Notes under the pieces: model-generated
Told to the model about the DNA's origin: nothing
Databases searched by the model: none
Seen by the model: only the letters and a program-made list of their open reading frames with translations
NCBI GenBank assembly: GCA_041854745.1
Contig: JBHACT010000040.1
Coordinates: forward strand, 1,200-65,199
Direction: 5' to 3'
Length of the DNA stretch: 64,000 nt
DNA from: Candidatus Limimorpha sp.
GTDB lineage: Bacteria > Bacteroidota > Bacteroidia > Bacteroidales > F082
Part shown: one piece after another, positions 8,330 to 16,600 of the stretch
Layout of the letters: the number at the start of each line of letters is the position of its first letter
How positions within the stretch are numbered: position 1 is the stretch's first letter
Position numbers and translations under genes: made by a program

Positions 8330-10096
8330 TTATTTCTCAATGAATGCAATGGTTTCACCCTTACTGACGCGCTGGCCTTGTTCTGCCGTGGCTTCCACGA
8401 TTTTGCCGGGCCAGAGCGCATAGACGGGTTCCATGCCGTGCTCGCTGTTGATGGCGCAAAGCAGGTCGCCTTCCTTATAAACTGTTCCGGGAGCGGGCGA
8501 CACCGATTTGTCGTCAAAGTCAACCTCCCACATCACCCTGCCGCTCACGGGGGCAATAACAGGTTCGGCATTCGGATGACGCAAGGCACGCAGGTCGGGA
8601 ATCTTTACTTCGCCGCCGTTTTTCTGGAACTTCTCCTGCATCTTGGCTTCCAATTCCTGATTGAAACGGCGTTTGGCCTCGCCCGACTTAAACTCGCGGT
8701 ACTGCTTTTCGTGCATGGCGAACTCAAACAGTTCTTCATCATCTTGTCCGCGTTCCCATCCGTTCTCTTCCATCTCCTTGATGAAGCGGGGCAGCTCATC
8801 AGGGTAGTTCTCTTGCGGGTTGCCCGTGAAGAACTCGAAGCCTTTTTTCTTGGCCAACTCCACGATTTCGGGCGACAAAGTGCCGGGCAACTTGCCGGCC
8901 TTGCCGAGAATCATGTTCCACGCGGCAGGGTCGATGCTGTTCTCGTAGCGCGGCTGGTCCATGCTGAGTGAATAAAGGTTCATCAGGGCGACATTTTTGG
9001 TATATTGGCTGAACGGTGTCACCAAAGGCGGGTTGCCGAGTTTGGGCCAGATGTTCTCTACCTCGTCGAAGAGCTCCACAAGGAGTTCGTCCTCGCTGAG
9101 TGCGGGCAGACCTTTCTTCTCGCGGTTCATGTTGATGGCCGCATGGACACCCTTCAGGTCGGCCATCAGCGAGCCAAACATGCCTCCGGGCAGGCCGCAG
9201 CCCACCAGCAGTGAGTTGAGGTAGCGGTTGCGCGGGTCAATCCAATAGCCGAGGAAGTCGTCGATAAAGCTTTGGGTCATGCTGCGGGCGGCCATGTAAG
9301 CCTTCATGTTGATGTCCTTGACGAGGAAACCGGCATCTTTCAGCATGGCAACAACAGAGATGACATCGGGGTGGACAGTGCCCCACGACAGCGGCTCCAT
9401 GGCCACATCGAGGTAGTCGCAGCCCGCCTTGGCCACTTCAAGCATAGAAGCCATCGAGAGGCCCGGCCCCGTGTGACCGTGGTATTGCACCTTGATTTCG
9501 GGGTGCTGGGTCTTGATGTGGTTTACGATTTTGCCCAATGAGGCGGGACGGCCCACACCGGCCATGTCTTTCAGGCAGATTTCCTTGGCACCGGCGGCAA
9601 TCAGCTCATCGGCCATCTTGATATAATACTCCGCCGTATGCACCTGCGAATAGGTGATACTCATGGCGGCTTGCGAGACCATGCCGGCTTCGTTAGCCCA
9701 CTGGATGGAAGGAATGATGTTGCGCACATCGTTCAGTCCGCAGAAAATACGGGTGATGTCAACACCTTGGGCTTTCTTCACCTTGTACATCAGTTGGCGC
9801 ACATCGGCGGGCACGGGGTTCATTCTCAAGGCGTTGAGGGCGCGGTCCAGCATGTGGCACTCAATGCCGCCCTTGTGCAGGGCAGCAGTGAAAGCACGGA
9901 CTGACGGATTCGGGTTCTCGCCATAAAGCAGGTTGACCTGCTCGGCGGCGCCGCCGTTGGTTTCCACGCGGTCGAAGCAGCCCATGTCAATAATCAAGGG
10001 AGCGATTTGCTCCAATTGGTCCTTGCGTGGCACATATTTGCCTGACGACTGCCACATATCGCGGTAAACCAGGCTGAATTTCACTTCTTTTTTCAT
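8330..10096 (-). CDS. Oxaloacetate decarboxylase alpha / pyruvate carboxylase subunit B-like carboxyltransferase
   Basis: Carboxyltransferase TIM-barrel region (RVETNGGA, QYHGHTGPG) followed by a C-terminal biotinyl/lipoyl-like fold that lacks the AMKM lysine. Confidence 0.8.
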   Translation of the reverse strand: MKKEVKFSLVYRDMWQSSGKYVPRKDQLEQIAPLIIDMGCFDRVETNGGAAEQVNLLYGENPNPSVRAFTAALHKGGIECHMLDRALNALRMNPVPADVRQLMYKVKKAQGVDITRIFCGLNDVRNIIPSIQWANEAGMVSQAAMSITYSQVHTAEYYIKMADELIAAGAKEICLKDMAGVGRPASLGKIVNHIKTQHPEIKVQYHGHTGPGLSMASMLEVAKAGCDYLDVAMEPLSWGTVHPDVISVVAMLKDAGFLVKDINMKAYMAARSMTQSFIDDFLGYWIDPRNRYLNSLLVGCGLPGGMFGSLMADLKGVHAAINMNREKKGLPALSEDELLVELFDEVENIWPKLGNPPLVTPFSQYTKNVALMNLYSLSMDQPRYENSIDPAAWNMILGKAGKLPGTLSPEIVELAKKKGFEFFTGNPQENYPDELPRFIKEMEENGWERGQDDEELFEFAMHEKQYREFKSGEAKRRFNQELEAKMQEKFQKNGGEVKIPDLRALRHPNAEPVIAPVSGRVMWEVDFDDKSVSPAPGTVYKEGDLLCAINSEHGMEPVYALWPGKIVEATAEQGQRVSKGETIAFIEK

Positions 10097-10133
10097 TATT
10101 TTGTAGTATTTTAGACGGTGTTTATTGGGACGG

Positions 10134-10141
10134 CAAAGATA
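10134..10141 (-). promoter_or_regulatory. Bacteroidota -7 promoter box (TAnnTTTG)
   Basis: TATCTTTG on minus strand, 37 nt before ATG 10096. Confidence 0.55.
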
Positions 10142-10147
10142 GGCATT

Positions 10148-11326
10148 TTATCTGAAATCTTTTCCTTCCTGCATAGCAAAGATTTCTTTTTGATGTTCGA
10201 TTTCAAGGAGCAATTGTTTTTTGTCGGGGAGATAAGTCAGATATTTTGCCGCAAACAGTTGCTGATGGTCTTTCAAAATGCTGTATCTGGCTAAGTCCTT
10301 GCTGGTTTCGGCGCAGAGCAATAGTCCGATGGTCGGATTATCGCCTTCGGTGCATTTGAGTTCGTCGTACATCCGAATATACATATCCATTTGCCCAATG
10401 TCTTGATGTGTTATCTCGTTTGTTTTCAGGTCGATGAGAAGGAAACATTTCAAGATGTAGTTGTAGAAAACCAAATCAACATAATAGTCTTTCAGGTCGG
10501 TGCGGATAAGTTGTTGGCGGGCTACAAAAGCATAGCCTTTGCCCGATTCCATAATGAACTTTTGCAAAGGGTCAATGATGGAGGCTTCCAATTTGGTTTC
10601 GCTGAACGCCATATTTTGGGAAAGTCCAAGGAACTCGGCAATGACAGGATTCTTTATGAAAGCGTATTTGTCTTTCTGATAATCCGCAGTCAGTTTTTTC
10701 ATTTCATCCACCACCTCGTGTTTCATATCATCGGGCGTTTGCAGCGGACGATAATAATATTGGGAGTTGATGTTGCGGTCAAGAGTACGATAACTCCATT
10801 GTTGTGTTGCCGCTTCGTGCATATACCAATGACGGGCTTGTTCGTCATCAATGCGCATAAGGCGTTCATAATGAGTCCAACTCAATTGGGCAGGCAGCGC
10901 CTGCCCTTTTTGGATGTTCGATTGGGCAGACGGTGTCTGCCCTTTTTCGGATGTAGCAGACGGTGTCTGCTGAATCATCTTTTTCAATTGGGCAGGCACT
11001 GCCTGCCCAATCTCTAAGTCGCTGAAAGTCAGGTAAAATTTTCTGAAACTTTTGATGTTCGTCTCCGAATATCCCTTGCCAAATTCAGCCGTCAGCACTT
11101 CCGATGCCAATTTGATGATATATGCGCCGTATTCAGCGCGGTTTTTGCCTTGTTGCTCTTGTTCTACAATGCGCCAGCCCAAAAGCCAGTTGCTCGTCAC
11201 TTGCATCAGGTTGGCGGTACGATAGGCTTGGGTCTTCGCCGAAGCGACGATTTGTTTGATGTCCTTAACAAATCCATTGTCTTCCGTGCGGACTTGTTGT
11301 TCATTATTGTTTGTCCTTAGTTCCAT
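10148..11326 (-). CDS. DUF1016/YhcG-family PD-(D/E)XK nuclease-like protein
   Basis: WLLGWRIVEQEQQGKNRAEYG, LSWTHYERLM, C-terminal DLVFYNYILKCFLLIDLK core; contains an internal 12-aa repeat block. Confidence 0.8.
   Translation of the reverse strand: MELRTNNNEQQVRTEDNGFVKDIKQIVASAKTQAYRTANLMQVTSNWLLGWRIVEQEQQGKNRAEYGAYIIKLASEVLTAEFGKGYSETNIKSFRKFYLTFSDLEIGQAVPAQLKKMIQQTPSATSEKGQTPSAQSNIQKGQALPAQLSWTHYERLMRIDDEQARHWYMHEAATQQWSYRTLDRNINSQYYYRPLQTPDDMKHEVVDEMKKLTADYQKDKYAFIKNPVIAEFLGLSQNMAFSETKLEASIIDPLQKFIMESGKGYAFVARQQLIRTDLKDYYVDLVFYNYILKCFLLIDLKTNEITHQDIGQMDMYIRMYDELKCTEGDNPTIGLLLCAETSKDLARYSILKDHQQLFAAKYLTYLPDKKQLLLEIEHQKEIFAMQEGKDFR
10888..11008. repeat. Four palindromic units (~36-nt period) inside the DUF1016 coding sequence
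   Basis: GGGCAGGC-agc-GCCTGCCC (10888), GGGCAGAC-ggt-GTCTGCCC (10924), GCAGAC-ggt-GTCTGC (10956), GGGCAGGC-act-GCCTGCCC (10990). Confidence 0.85.
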
Positions 11327-11330
11327 AGCG

Positions 11331-11338
11331 CAAAATTA
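11331..11338 (-). promoter_or_regulatory. Bacteroidota -7 promoter box (TAnnTTTG)
   Basis: TAATTTTG on minus strand, 4 nt before ATG 11326. Confidence 0.5.
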
Positions 11339-11399
11339 CATTATTTCCAGCGAAAAAGAAAAAAATCTACTCGTTTTGTTTGGCAATCCAAAAAAGTTG

Positions 11400-11407
11400 T
11401 ATATTTG
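11400..11407 (+). promoter_or_regulatory. Bacteroidota -7 promoter box (TAnnTTTG), orphan
   Basis: TATATTTG; no ORF follows for about 290 nt, precedes the candidate structured RNA. Confidence 0.4.
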
Positions 11408-11412
11408 TGGCG

Positions 11413-11625
11413 TTCTTATGGCGGAATTGTCCGCCAACATAAATGGAACACGAAGCGTTATGCTCGTCTTGTTTGTAGAAACGTGAGAAATTTCTAAAAG
11501 GTAGCAAGAGGGTGTAATAGTTCACGCGTATAGGCGTGGGCTGTTTACATTTTTCTCTACCAAAGGTAATTCTCACGACCTCTACAAAAGAAAGGTATAT
11601 CAGTGCCACGCTTCTTTTGTTCAAA
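11413..11625 (+). ncRNA. Candidate structured RNA or 5' leader (rod-like, unclassified)
   Basis: Follows the orphan -7 box; 5' hairpin GGCGGA-attg-TCCGCC (11420-11435); nested helices 11446-11458/11608-11622, 11475-11489/11570-11585, 11500-11504/11557-11561, 11513-11517/11545-11549, 11523-11527/11534-11538. Confidence 0.3.
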
Positions 11626-11693
11626 GATTATCCTTTGAGGTGCTGGGAGGGAAAACTAAAGGTTGCGCCCGACACGGATTTAGGGATTACATC

Positions 11694-12248
11694 ATGAGAA
11701 TAATTTTAAAAACCAAAAACACAGTACTCATCGCTTTGGCGGTATTCCTTGGAATTTCCTTTGCTTCATGTACAAAAGAGAATGGAGGAGGAAACAATGA
11801 CAGCACAGGTATTGAGGTTCGAATAATAAACAGCGCCAATGGCGGTTATTTGGTAGAAATGGTTTGGGAAGAAAAAGTTCTGTTTGTGCATTATCAAGGC
11901 AACTATTATGGCGAAGGAAGTGCTGATCTAGGTATCGACGATTCCAACAATTTCTATTTAAGACAGAATTCGAATTACATAACATCAGGCCACCCCAAGG
12001 CCAATGCAACTATTGCATCTATCGGAAGCGTTAGTGGTCTGAGTAAAATAAAACAAATTCCCCACTCTGGATGGACAGATCGAGTAGCCGTTAATCCTGG
12101 AAATGGATATGTCATTAGATTTGAGGGGAGTTGTGAATCAGGTACATTTTGCCACTATGCTCGAGTATATGTAGAAGAATGGATAGAATCAACTTCAGGT
12201 GGAATTATAGGAGCAATTGTTAGATATGAAGGAAATTGGAAACCATAA
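11694..12248 (+). CDS. Hypothetical lipoprotein (AT-rich gene)
   Basis: Lipoprotein signal ...LGISFASC from ATG 11694; no catalytic motif recognised. Confidence 0.6.
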   Translation: MRIILKTKNTVLIALAVFLGISFASCTKENGGGNNDSTGIEVRIINSANGGYLVEMVWEEKVLFVHYQGNYYGEGSADLGIDDSNNFYLRQNSNYITSGHPKANATIASIGSVSGLSKIKQIPHSGWTDRVAVNPGNGYVIRFEGSCESGTFCHYARVYVEEWIESTSGGIIGAIVRYEGNWKP

Positions 12249-12319
12249 GTAGATTGTATGGGGCAATCCGAAAGCCTTGAATATCAGCATTTGCAAAGCG
12301 AAACGAAGAAAAGGTAGAA

Positions 12320-12349
12320 AGAGGGCGCGGCTGGATGGCTGCGCCCTCT
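12320..12349. terminator. GC-rich hairpin (possible terminator)
   Basis: AGAGGGCGC-12 nt-GCGCCCTCT, T-rich on both flanks; lies between convergent genes. Confidence 0.4.
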
Positions 12350-12419
12350 TCGCTTCTCTATGTGAAATTTTTGACAAAAATGTCAATTATTTGAAATAGG
12401 AATTGGCTGAAGAAAAACG

Positions 12420-12456
12420 AAGGCTGTGCTGGTTTGCAGCACAGCCTTGTGTTTTT
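12420..12456. terminator. Bidirectional intrinsic terminator downstream of hutU
   Basis: 12-bp stem AAGGCTGTGCTG/CAGCACAGCCTT, loop GTTTG, then GTGTTTTT; A-rich on the other side. Confidence 0.7.
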
Positions 12457-12463
12457 AGACCCA

Positions 12464-12489
12464 TAGAGACGTAGCGCGCTACGTCTCTA
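12464..12489. repeat. REP-like palindrome, GTAGAGAC family
   Basis: TAGAGACGTAGCG|CGCTACGTCTCTA, perfect 26-nt palindrome; 17 nt past the hutU stop. Confidence 0.85.
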
Positions 12490-12506
12490 CAAATGTCCAA
12501 TTCAAA

Positions 12507-14507
12507 TTAGAATAGGTTATCCAAAATTTTGTCTTCCACCAAATTCGGCAAAGTAACCTTCAGTTTGGGCTCCGCTTCCATAGCACGTTTGATGGCGAAG
12601 GTGGCGCCTTCATTACGGGCCCAGTTGCGGCGGGCGATGCCGTTGTTCACGTCCCAGTGGAGCATGCAGTGGAGCCTTCTGTCAGCGTCGGCAGTGCCGT
12701 CAAGTACCATGCCGAAGCCGCCGTTGATGACTTCGCCCCAACCTACGCCGCCGCCGTTGTGGATGCTCACCCAGGTGGCGCCACGGAAACCATCGCCGAT
12801 GACGTTCTGCACGGCCATGTCAGCAGTGAATGAAGAGCCATCATAAATGTTGGAGGTCTCACGGAACGGGCTGTCGGTGCCAGAGACGTCGTGATGGTCA
12901 CGGCCAAGGACGACGGGACCGCTCAAGCGGCCATCGGCAATGGCCTTGTTGAACTCGGCGGCAATCTTGGTACGGCCTTCGCAGTCGGCGTAGAGGATAC
13001 GCGCCTGCGATCCGACGACGAGGTGGTTCTCTTGTGCACCGCGAATCCACTGTATGTTGTCGTGCATTTGTTGGCGGATTTCCTCAGGCGCGGTCTTGGC
13101 GATGGTCTCCAACACATGGCAGGCGAGGTCGTCGGTCATGGCAAGGTCTTCAGGCTTGCCCGAAGCACACACCCAACGGAAGGGGCCGAAGCCGTAGTCG
13201 AAGCACATTGGGCCCATGATGTCCTGTACGTATGAAGGATAGCGGAAGGTGCCGTCAGCCTTCATGATGTCGGCACCAGCGCGGTTGCTTTGCAGCAGGA
13301 AGGCATTGCCGTAGTCGAAGAAGTACATGCCTTTTTCTGTCAGCTTGTTGACGGCAGCCACATGGCGGCGCAACGAAGCCTGCACTTTCTCTTTGAACAG
13401 ATCGGGGTTCTCGGCCATCATGGTCTTCGACTCTTCAAACGACAGCCCGACAGGATAATAACCGCCTGCCCAAGGGTTGTGGAGCGAGGTTTGGTCGGAT
13501 CCGAGGTCGACATGGATATCGTGCTTGGCAGCATATTCCCAAAGGTCCACCACATTGCCTTGATAGGCGTAGCTTCGGGCTTCCTTTTTGGAGATACTCT
13601 CGTTGACATGCTTGAAGAGCACCTCAATGTTGTCGTGCACCTCATCGACCCAGCCTTGTGCAAAGCGTTTTTGCGTGGCGGCAGGGTTGATTTCGGCGGT
13701 GATACTCACCACACCGGCGATGTTGCCGGCCTTGGGTTGGGCACCGCTCATGCCGCCCAAACCGGCGGTGATGAACAGCTTGCCTGCCGTGCCGCCACCC
13801 TGTTTGCGGGCTGCGTTAAGCACGGTGATAGTGGTGCCATGGACGATGCCTTGAGGCCCAATATACATATAGGAGCCGGCGGTCATTTGGCCGTATTGCG
13901 TCACGCCCAAGGCATTGTAACGCTCCCAGTCGTCAGGTTCGGAGTAGTTCGGAATCATCATGCCGTTGGTGACCACCACGCGTGGGGCGTCCTTATGCGA
14001 TGGGAAGAGTCCCATAGGATGACCGCTGTACATGGCGAGGGTCTGGTCTTCCTCCATGTTGGCGAGGTACTGCATTACGAGACGGTATTGGGCCCAGTTC
14101 TGGAAGATGGCACCATTGCCGCCGTAGACGATGAGCTCGTGGGGGTGCTGTGCCACGGCATGGTCGAGGTTGTTCTGAATCATCAGCATGATGGCTGCGG
14201 CCTGCTTGCACTTGGCGGGATATTCCTCAATTGGGCGGGCATACATCTTGTAGGACGGACGGAAACGGTACATGTAGATACGGCCGTATTCCTCCAGTTC
14301 CTTGGCAAATTCGGGAGCCAAAGTGGGGTGGAACTTGGCGGGGAAGTAACGCAAAGCATTACGGATGGCCAGTTTCTTTTCTTCTTTCGTCAAAATGTCC
14401 TTGCGTTTGGGCGCATGGTTGACATTGAGGTCATATTCCTTCACTTCTGGCAGCTCGTTGGGAATGCCGGCGAGAATCTCTTTTTGGAAATCGTTGAGTG
14501 CTTTCAT
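12507..14507 (-). CDS. hutU: Urocanate hydratase
   Basis: Full-length urocanase pattern incl. ITAGLGGMSGAQPKAG NAD-binding stretch; ATG 14507 lies downstream of the -7 box, unlike the track start 14555. Confidence 0.9.
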   Translation of the reverse strand: MKALNDFQKEILAGIPNELPEVKEYDLNVNHAPKRKDILTKEEKKLAIRNALRYFPAKFHPTLAPEFAKELEEYGRIYMYRFRPSYKMYARPIEEYPAKCKQAAAIMLMIQNNLDHAVAQHPHELIVYGGNGAIFQNWAQYRLVMQYLANMEEDQTLAMYSGHPMGLFPSHKDAPRVVVTNGMMIPNYSEPDDWERYNALGVTQYGQMTAGSYMYIGPQGIVHGTTITVLNAARKQGGGTAGKLFITAGLGGMSGAQPKAGNIAGVVSITAEINPAATQKRFAQGWVDEVHDNIEVLFKHVNESISKKEARSYAYQGNVVDLWEYAAKHDIHVDLGSDQTSLHNPWAGGYYPVGLSFEESKTMMAENPDLFKEKVQASLRRHVAAVNKLTEKGMYFFDYGNAFLLQSNRAGADIMKADGTFRYPSYVQDIMGPMCFDYGFGPFRWVCASGKPEDLAMTDDLACHVLETIAKTAPEEIRQQMHDNIQWIRGAQENHLVVGSQARILYADCEGRTKIAAEFNKAIADGRLSGPVVLGRDHHDVSGTDSPFRETSNIYDGSSFTADMAVQNVIGDGFRGATWVSIHNGGGVGWGEVINGGFGMVLDGTADADRRLHCMLHWDVNNGIARRNWARNEGATFAIKRAMEAEPKLKVTLPNLVEDKILDNLF

Positions 14508-14552
14508 TTTATGGTGTTTTTGTTGTTGTTTCAAATCATTTCTTAGGATTTG

Positions 14553-14560
14553 CAAAGGTA
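14553..14560 (-). promoter_or_regulatory. Bacteroidota -7 promoter box (TAnnTTTG)
   Basis: TACCTTTG on minus strand, 45 nt before hutU ATG 14507. Confidence 0.55.
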
Positions 14561-14751
14561 ATAATAATATGGTGATGTTTATATTGTTTTTCGCTTTTTG
14601 GGTGAAAAAACGATAAAAAGTTTCTTTTGTATTTCACCGCCTGCATGTCATCCACTACCCCTACGGCGCTTGGCGGTAGGTGGATTCAATCCCCCGCAGA
14701 AAACAACCCAGAAAAATCTTTGTTTTTTTTGCCGCTACCAGCGATTATTGC

Positions 14752-14759
14752 TATTTTTG
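14752..14759 (+). promoter_or_regulatory. Bacteroidota -7 promoter box (TAnnTTTG)
   Basis: TATTTTTG, 20 nt before ATG 14780. Confidence 0.55.
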
Positions 14760-14779
14760 CCGCGATAATTGAATTGACC

Positions 14780-16519
14780 ATGAAAATCAAAATCTTGTTA
14801 TTGACCGTCTTGATGTTATTGCCTTTTATTGCAAAGGCACAAACCTTTTATAAATCCGCATTCGAAGCCGCCTACCAAGCCCATCCCGACATTCCAAGAG
14901 GTATGCTTGAGGCCATTTCATATACCAACACGCAATGCCACCATCTCACCGATGACAATTATTTCCACAACGGTGCCGAGGCTATGCCGCGTGCCTACGG
15001 CTTGATGGGTTTGGTGAAGAACGGAAAGGGCTGTTTCCGTGAGAACCTACATCTTGTGGCAGAATTGTCGGGCATTTCTGAGGCAGAGATTTTGGATAGC
15101 CCCGATAAAAATGTGCTCGCCTACGCCAAGGCTTTTTCTCGTTTAAGCAAAGAAAGCAAAGTTGTTGAAATCAATGGCTATCTATATGTAATACAGCAGC
15201 TTTCGGAACTTCCGATAGGGGAGAGGAAAGATGTTTATCCCATGCAGTCCATGCTTTATTCGGTGTGCACTTTCCTTAACGATACCCAAAAAGCCGAGCA
15301 ATTTGGCTTCCCGAAATACGGTATAGACATGGCAAAGGTTTTTTCTGAGCATTATGATTTGCTCCATGCCCCCGAACTCAGTATCACCCGAGGCCCTGAC
15401 TATCCTATGGCCATCTGGGACCCTGCGCCCGAATGCAACTGGGGACCGCGTACCACGCCTGTGAAAGCCGTTGTAATTCATTATACGGAAGGCTCTTACG
15501 CGGGTTGTATCAGTTGGTTCAAGAACTGCCAATCGAGTGTTTCGGCGCATTATGTCATCCGCTCGTCCGACGGTCAGGTAACGCAGATGGTGCATGAGGC
15601 CGACAAGGCGTGGCATGCCCGATCGGCAAATGCCTACACTATCGGTATCGAGCATGAGGCTTACGGCAATATCTGGAGTTTTTTCACGGAGGAGATGTAC
15701 CGGTCTTCTGCCGATTTGGTTCGCAATATCTGTTCACGACATGAAACCATCAGCGGGCACCGCACCTTTTATCGTGACACTTTGGACAACGGCACCTGCC
15801 TCAACAAAGGCGTTCATGACCTCGGCGGAGAAGATGCCTGCACCAAAATCCGAGGTCACCAACATTATCCCAACCAGTCGCACACCGACCCAGGACCGTA
15901 TTGGGACTGGAATTACTATTACAAGCTCATCAACGAAGGCACGCCCGTTACCGTATTGGAAGGCACGGAAGGGCGGCTCGACCATTTGAACTATGGCGAC
16001 GATGAGCGCAAGATTTGGGTGGTTCGTGGACCTGAAGAATCGACTATCCAATTGGATTTCAGCAGTTTTAGCGTTGAAGCCAATTACGACTTCCTGTGGA
16101 TTTACGATGGCGACAATGTCTATGCACCAAAAATTGGCAGGTGGAACACCCGCAATCCGGGCTTGGTGCAGGCTTCCGGCAATGCGATGTGCGTGGAGTT
16201 TCGCTCCGACTGCGCCACCAACTCGACGGGTTGGGAAGCCTCATGGAAGGTCGTCATGCCTGCACCCGGCGAACCTGAAACCCCAGAGGTTGATCCCGGT
16301 GTATTCCCCAATCCAACTAATGGCAAGTTTACGGTAAAGTCAGATGCCGAAAGCTTCACGGATTTGGTTGTGTTCGATGTTTGTGGCAACATTATGACAA
16401 CAGTTCGTTTTTTGAAAACGATTGAGATTGATGCAAGTGAATGGGCTTCAGGTGTTTATGTGGTTCATTATGGTCAACCTGTCCACATGGGCAAAGTGGT
16501 TAAGCTGATCAAGATGTAA
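14780..16519 (+). CDS. T9SS-secreted N-acetylmuramoyl-L-alanine amidase with CUB-like domain
   Basis: Signal peptide MKIKILLLTVLMLLPFIAKAQ; Amidase_2/PGRP-type region (VVIHYTEG...SAHYVIR...AWHA...IGIEHE); CUB-like module (FLWIYDGDNVYAPKIGRW); type A T9SS CTD (VFPNPTNGKFTV...GVYVVHY). Confidence 0.8.
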   Translation: MKIKILLLTVLMLLPFIAKAQTFYKSAFEAAYQAHPDIPRGMLEAISYTNTQCHHLTDDNYFHNGAEAMPRAYGLMGLVKNGKGCFRENLHLVAELSGISEAEILDSPDKNVLAYAKAFSRLSKESKVVEINGYLYVIQQLSELPIGERKDVYPMQSMLYSVCTFLNDTQKAEQFGFPKYGIDMAKVFSEHYDLLHAPELSITRGPDYPMAIWDPAPECNWGPRTTPVKAVVIHYTEGSYAGCISWFKNCQSSVSAHYVIRSSDGQVTQMVHEADKAWHARSANAYTIGIEHEAYGNIWSFFTEEMYRSSADLVRNICSRHETISGHRTFYRDTLDNGTCLNKGVHDLGGEDACTKIRGHQHYPNQSHTDPGPYWDWNYYYKLINEGTPVTVLEGTEGRLDHLNYGDDERKIWVVRGPEESTIQLDFSSFSVEANYDFLWIYDGDNVYAPKIGRWNTRNPGLVQASGNAMCVEFRSDCATNSTGWEASWKVVMPAPGEPETPEVDPGVFPNPTNGKFTVKSDAESFTDLVVFDVCGNIMTTVRFLKTIEIDASEWASGVYVVHYGQPVHMGKVVKLIKM

Positions 16520-16573
16520 TTGCCCGATTGAACAATATTCGCTGTCTTGTTGCGTTCATCAAGGGAAATTTCT

Positions 16574-16581
16574 TATTTTTG
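16574..16581 (+). promoter_or_regulatory. Bacteroidota -7 promoter box (TAnnTTTG)
   Basis: TATTTTTG, 19 nt before ATG 16601. Confidence 0.55.
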
Positions 16582-16600
16582 CAACCTATTTCTATAAGGA

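Noticed and set aside
11367-11624. 85-aa minus-strand ORF in the DUF1016/lipoprotein intergenic region
   Set aside because: It has no promoter box or plausible start context, odd composition, and coincides with the nested-helix region. I treat it as non-coding.
13290-14546. Long antisense ORFs opposite strong genes: 418 aa opposite hutU; likewise 20510..21667 opposite iorA, 24901..25992 opposite prfB, 41177..42370 opposite the FemAB-like gene, 2212..2853 opposite GH29, 5561..6325 opposite glgB, 30289..31083 opposite the OM barrel
   Set aside because: These are shadow frames of GC-rich third-position coding sequence. The translations are low-complexity (Val/Gly/His/Arg-rich), lack recognisable motifs, and the opposite strand carries an unambiguous conserved protein.
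14627-14779. N-terminal extensions in the ORF track (14627, 1529, 5627, 31135, 34442, 37884, 38632, 49671, 59282, 62574, 14555, 3960)
   Set aside because: Many begin at TTG/GTG, run through the predicted -7 promoter box or through repeat units, and precede an ATG that opens a clean signal peptide or a conserved N-terminus. The shorter forms were adopted.
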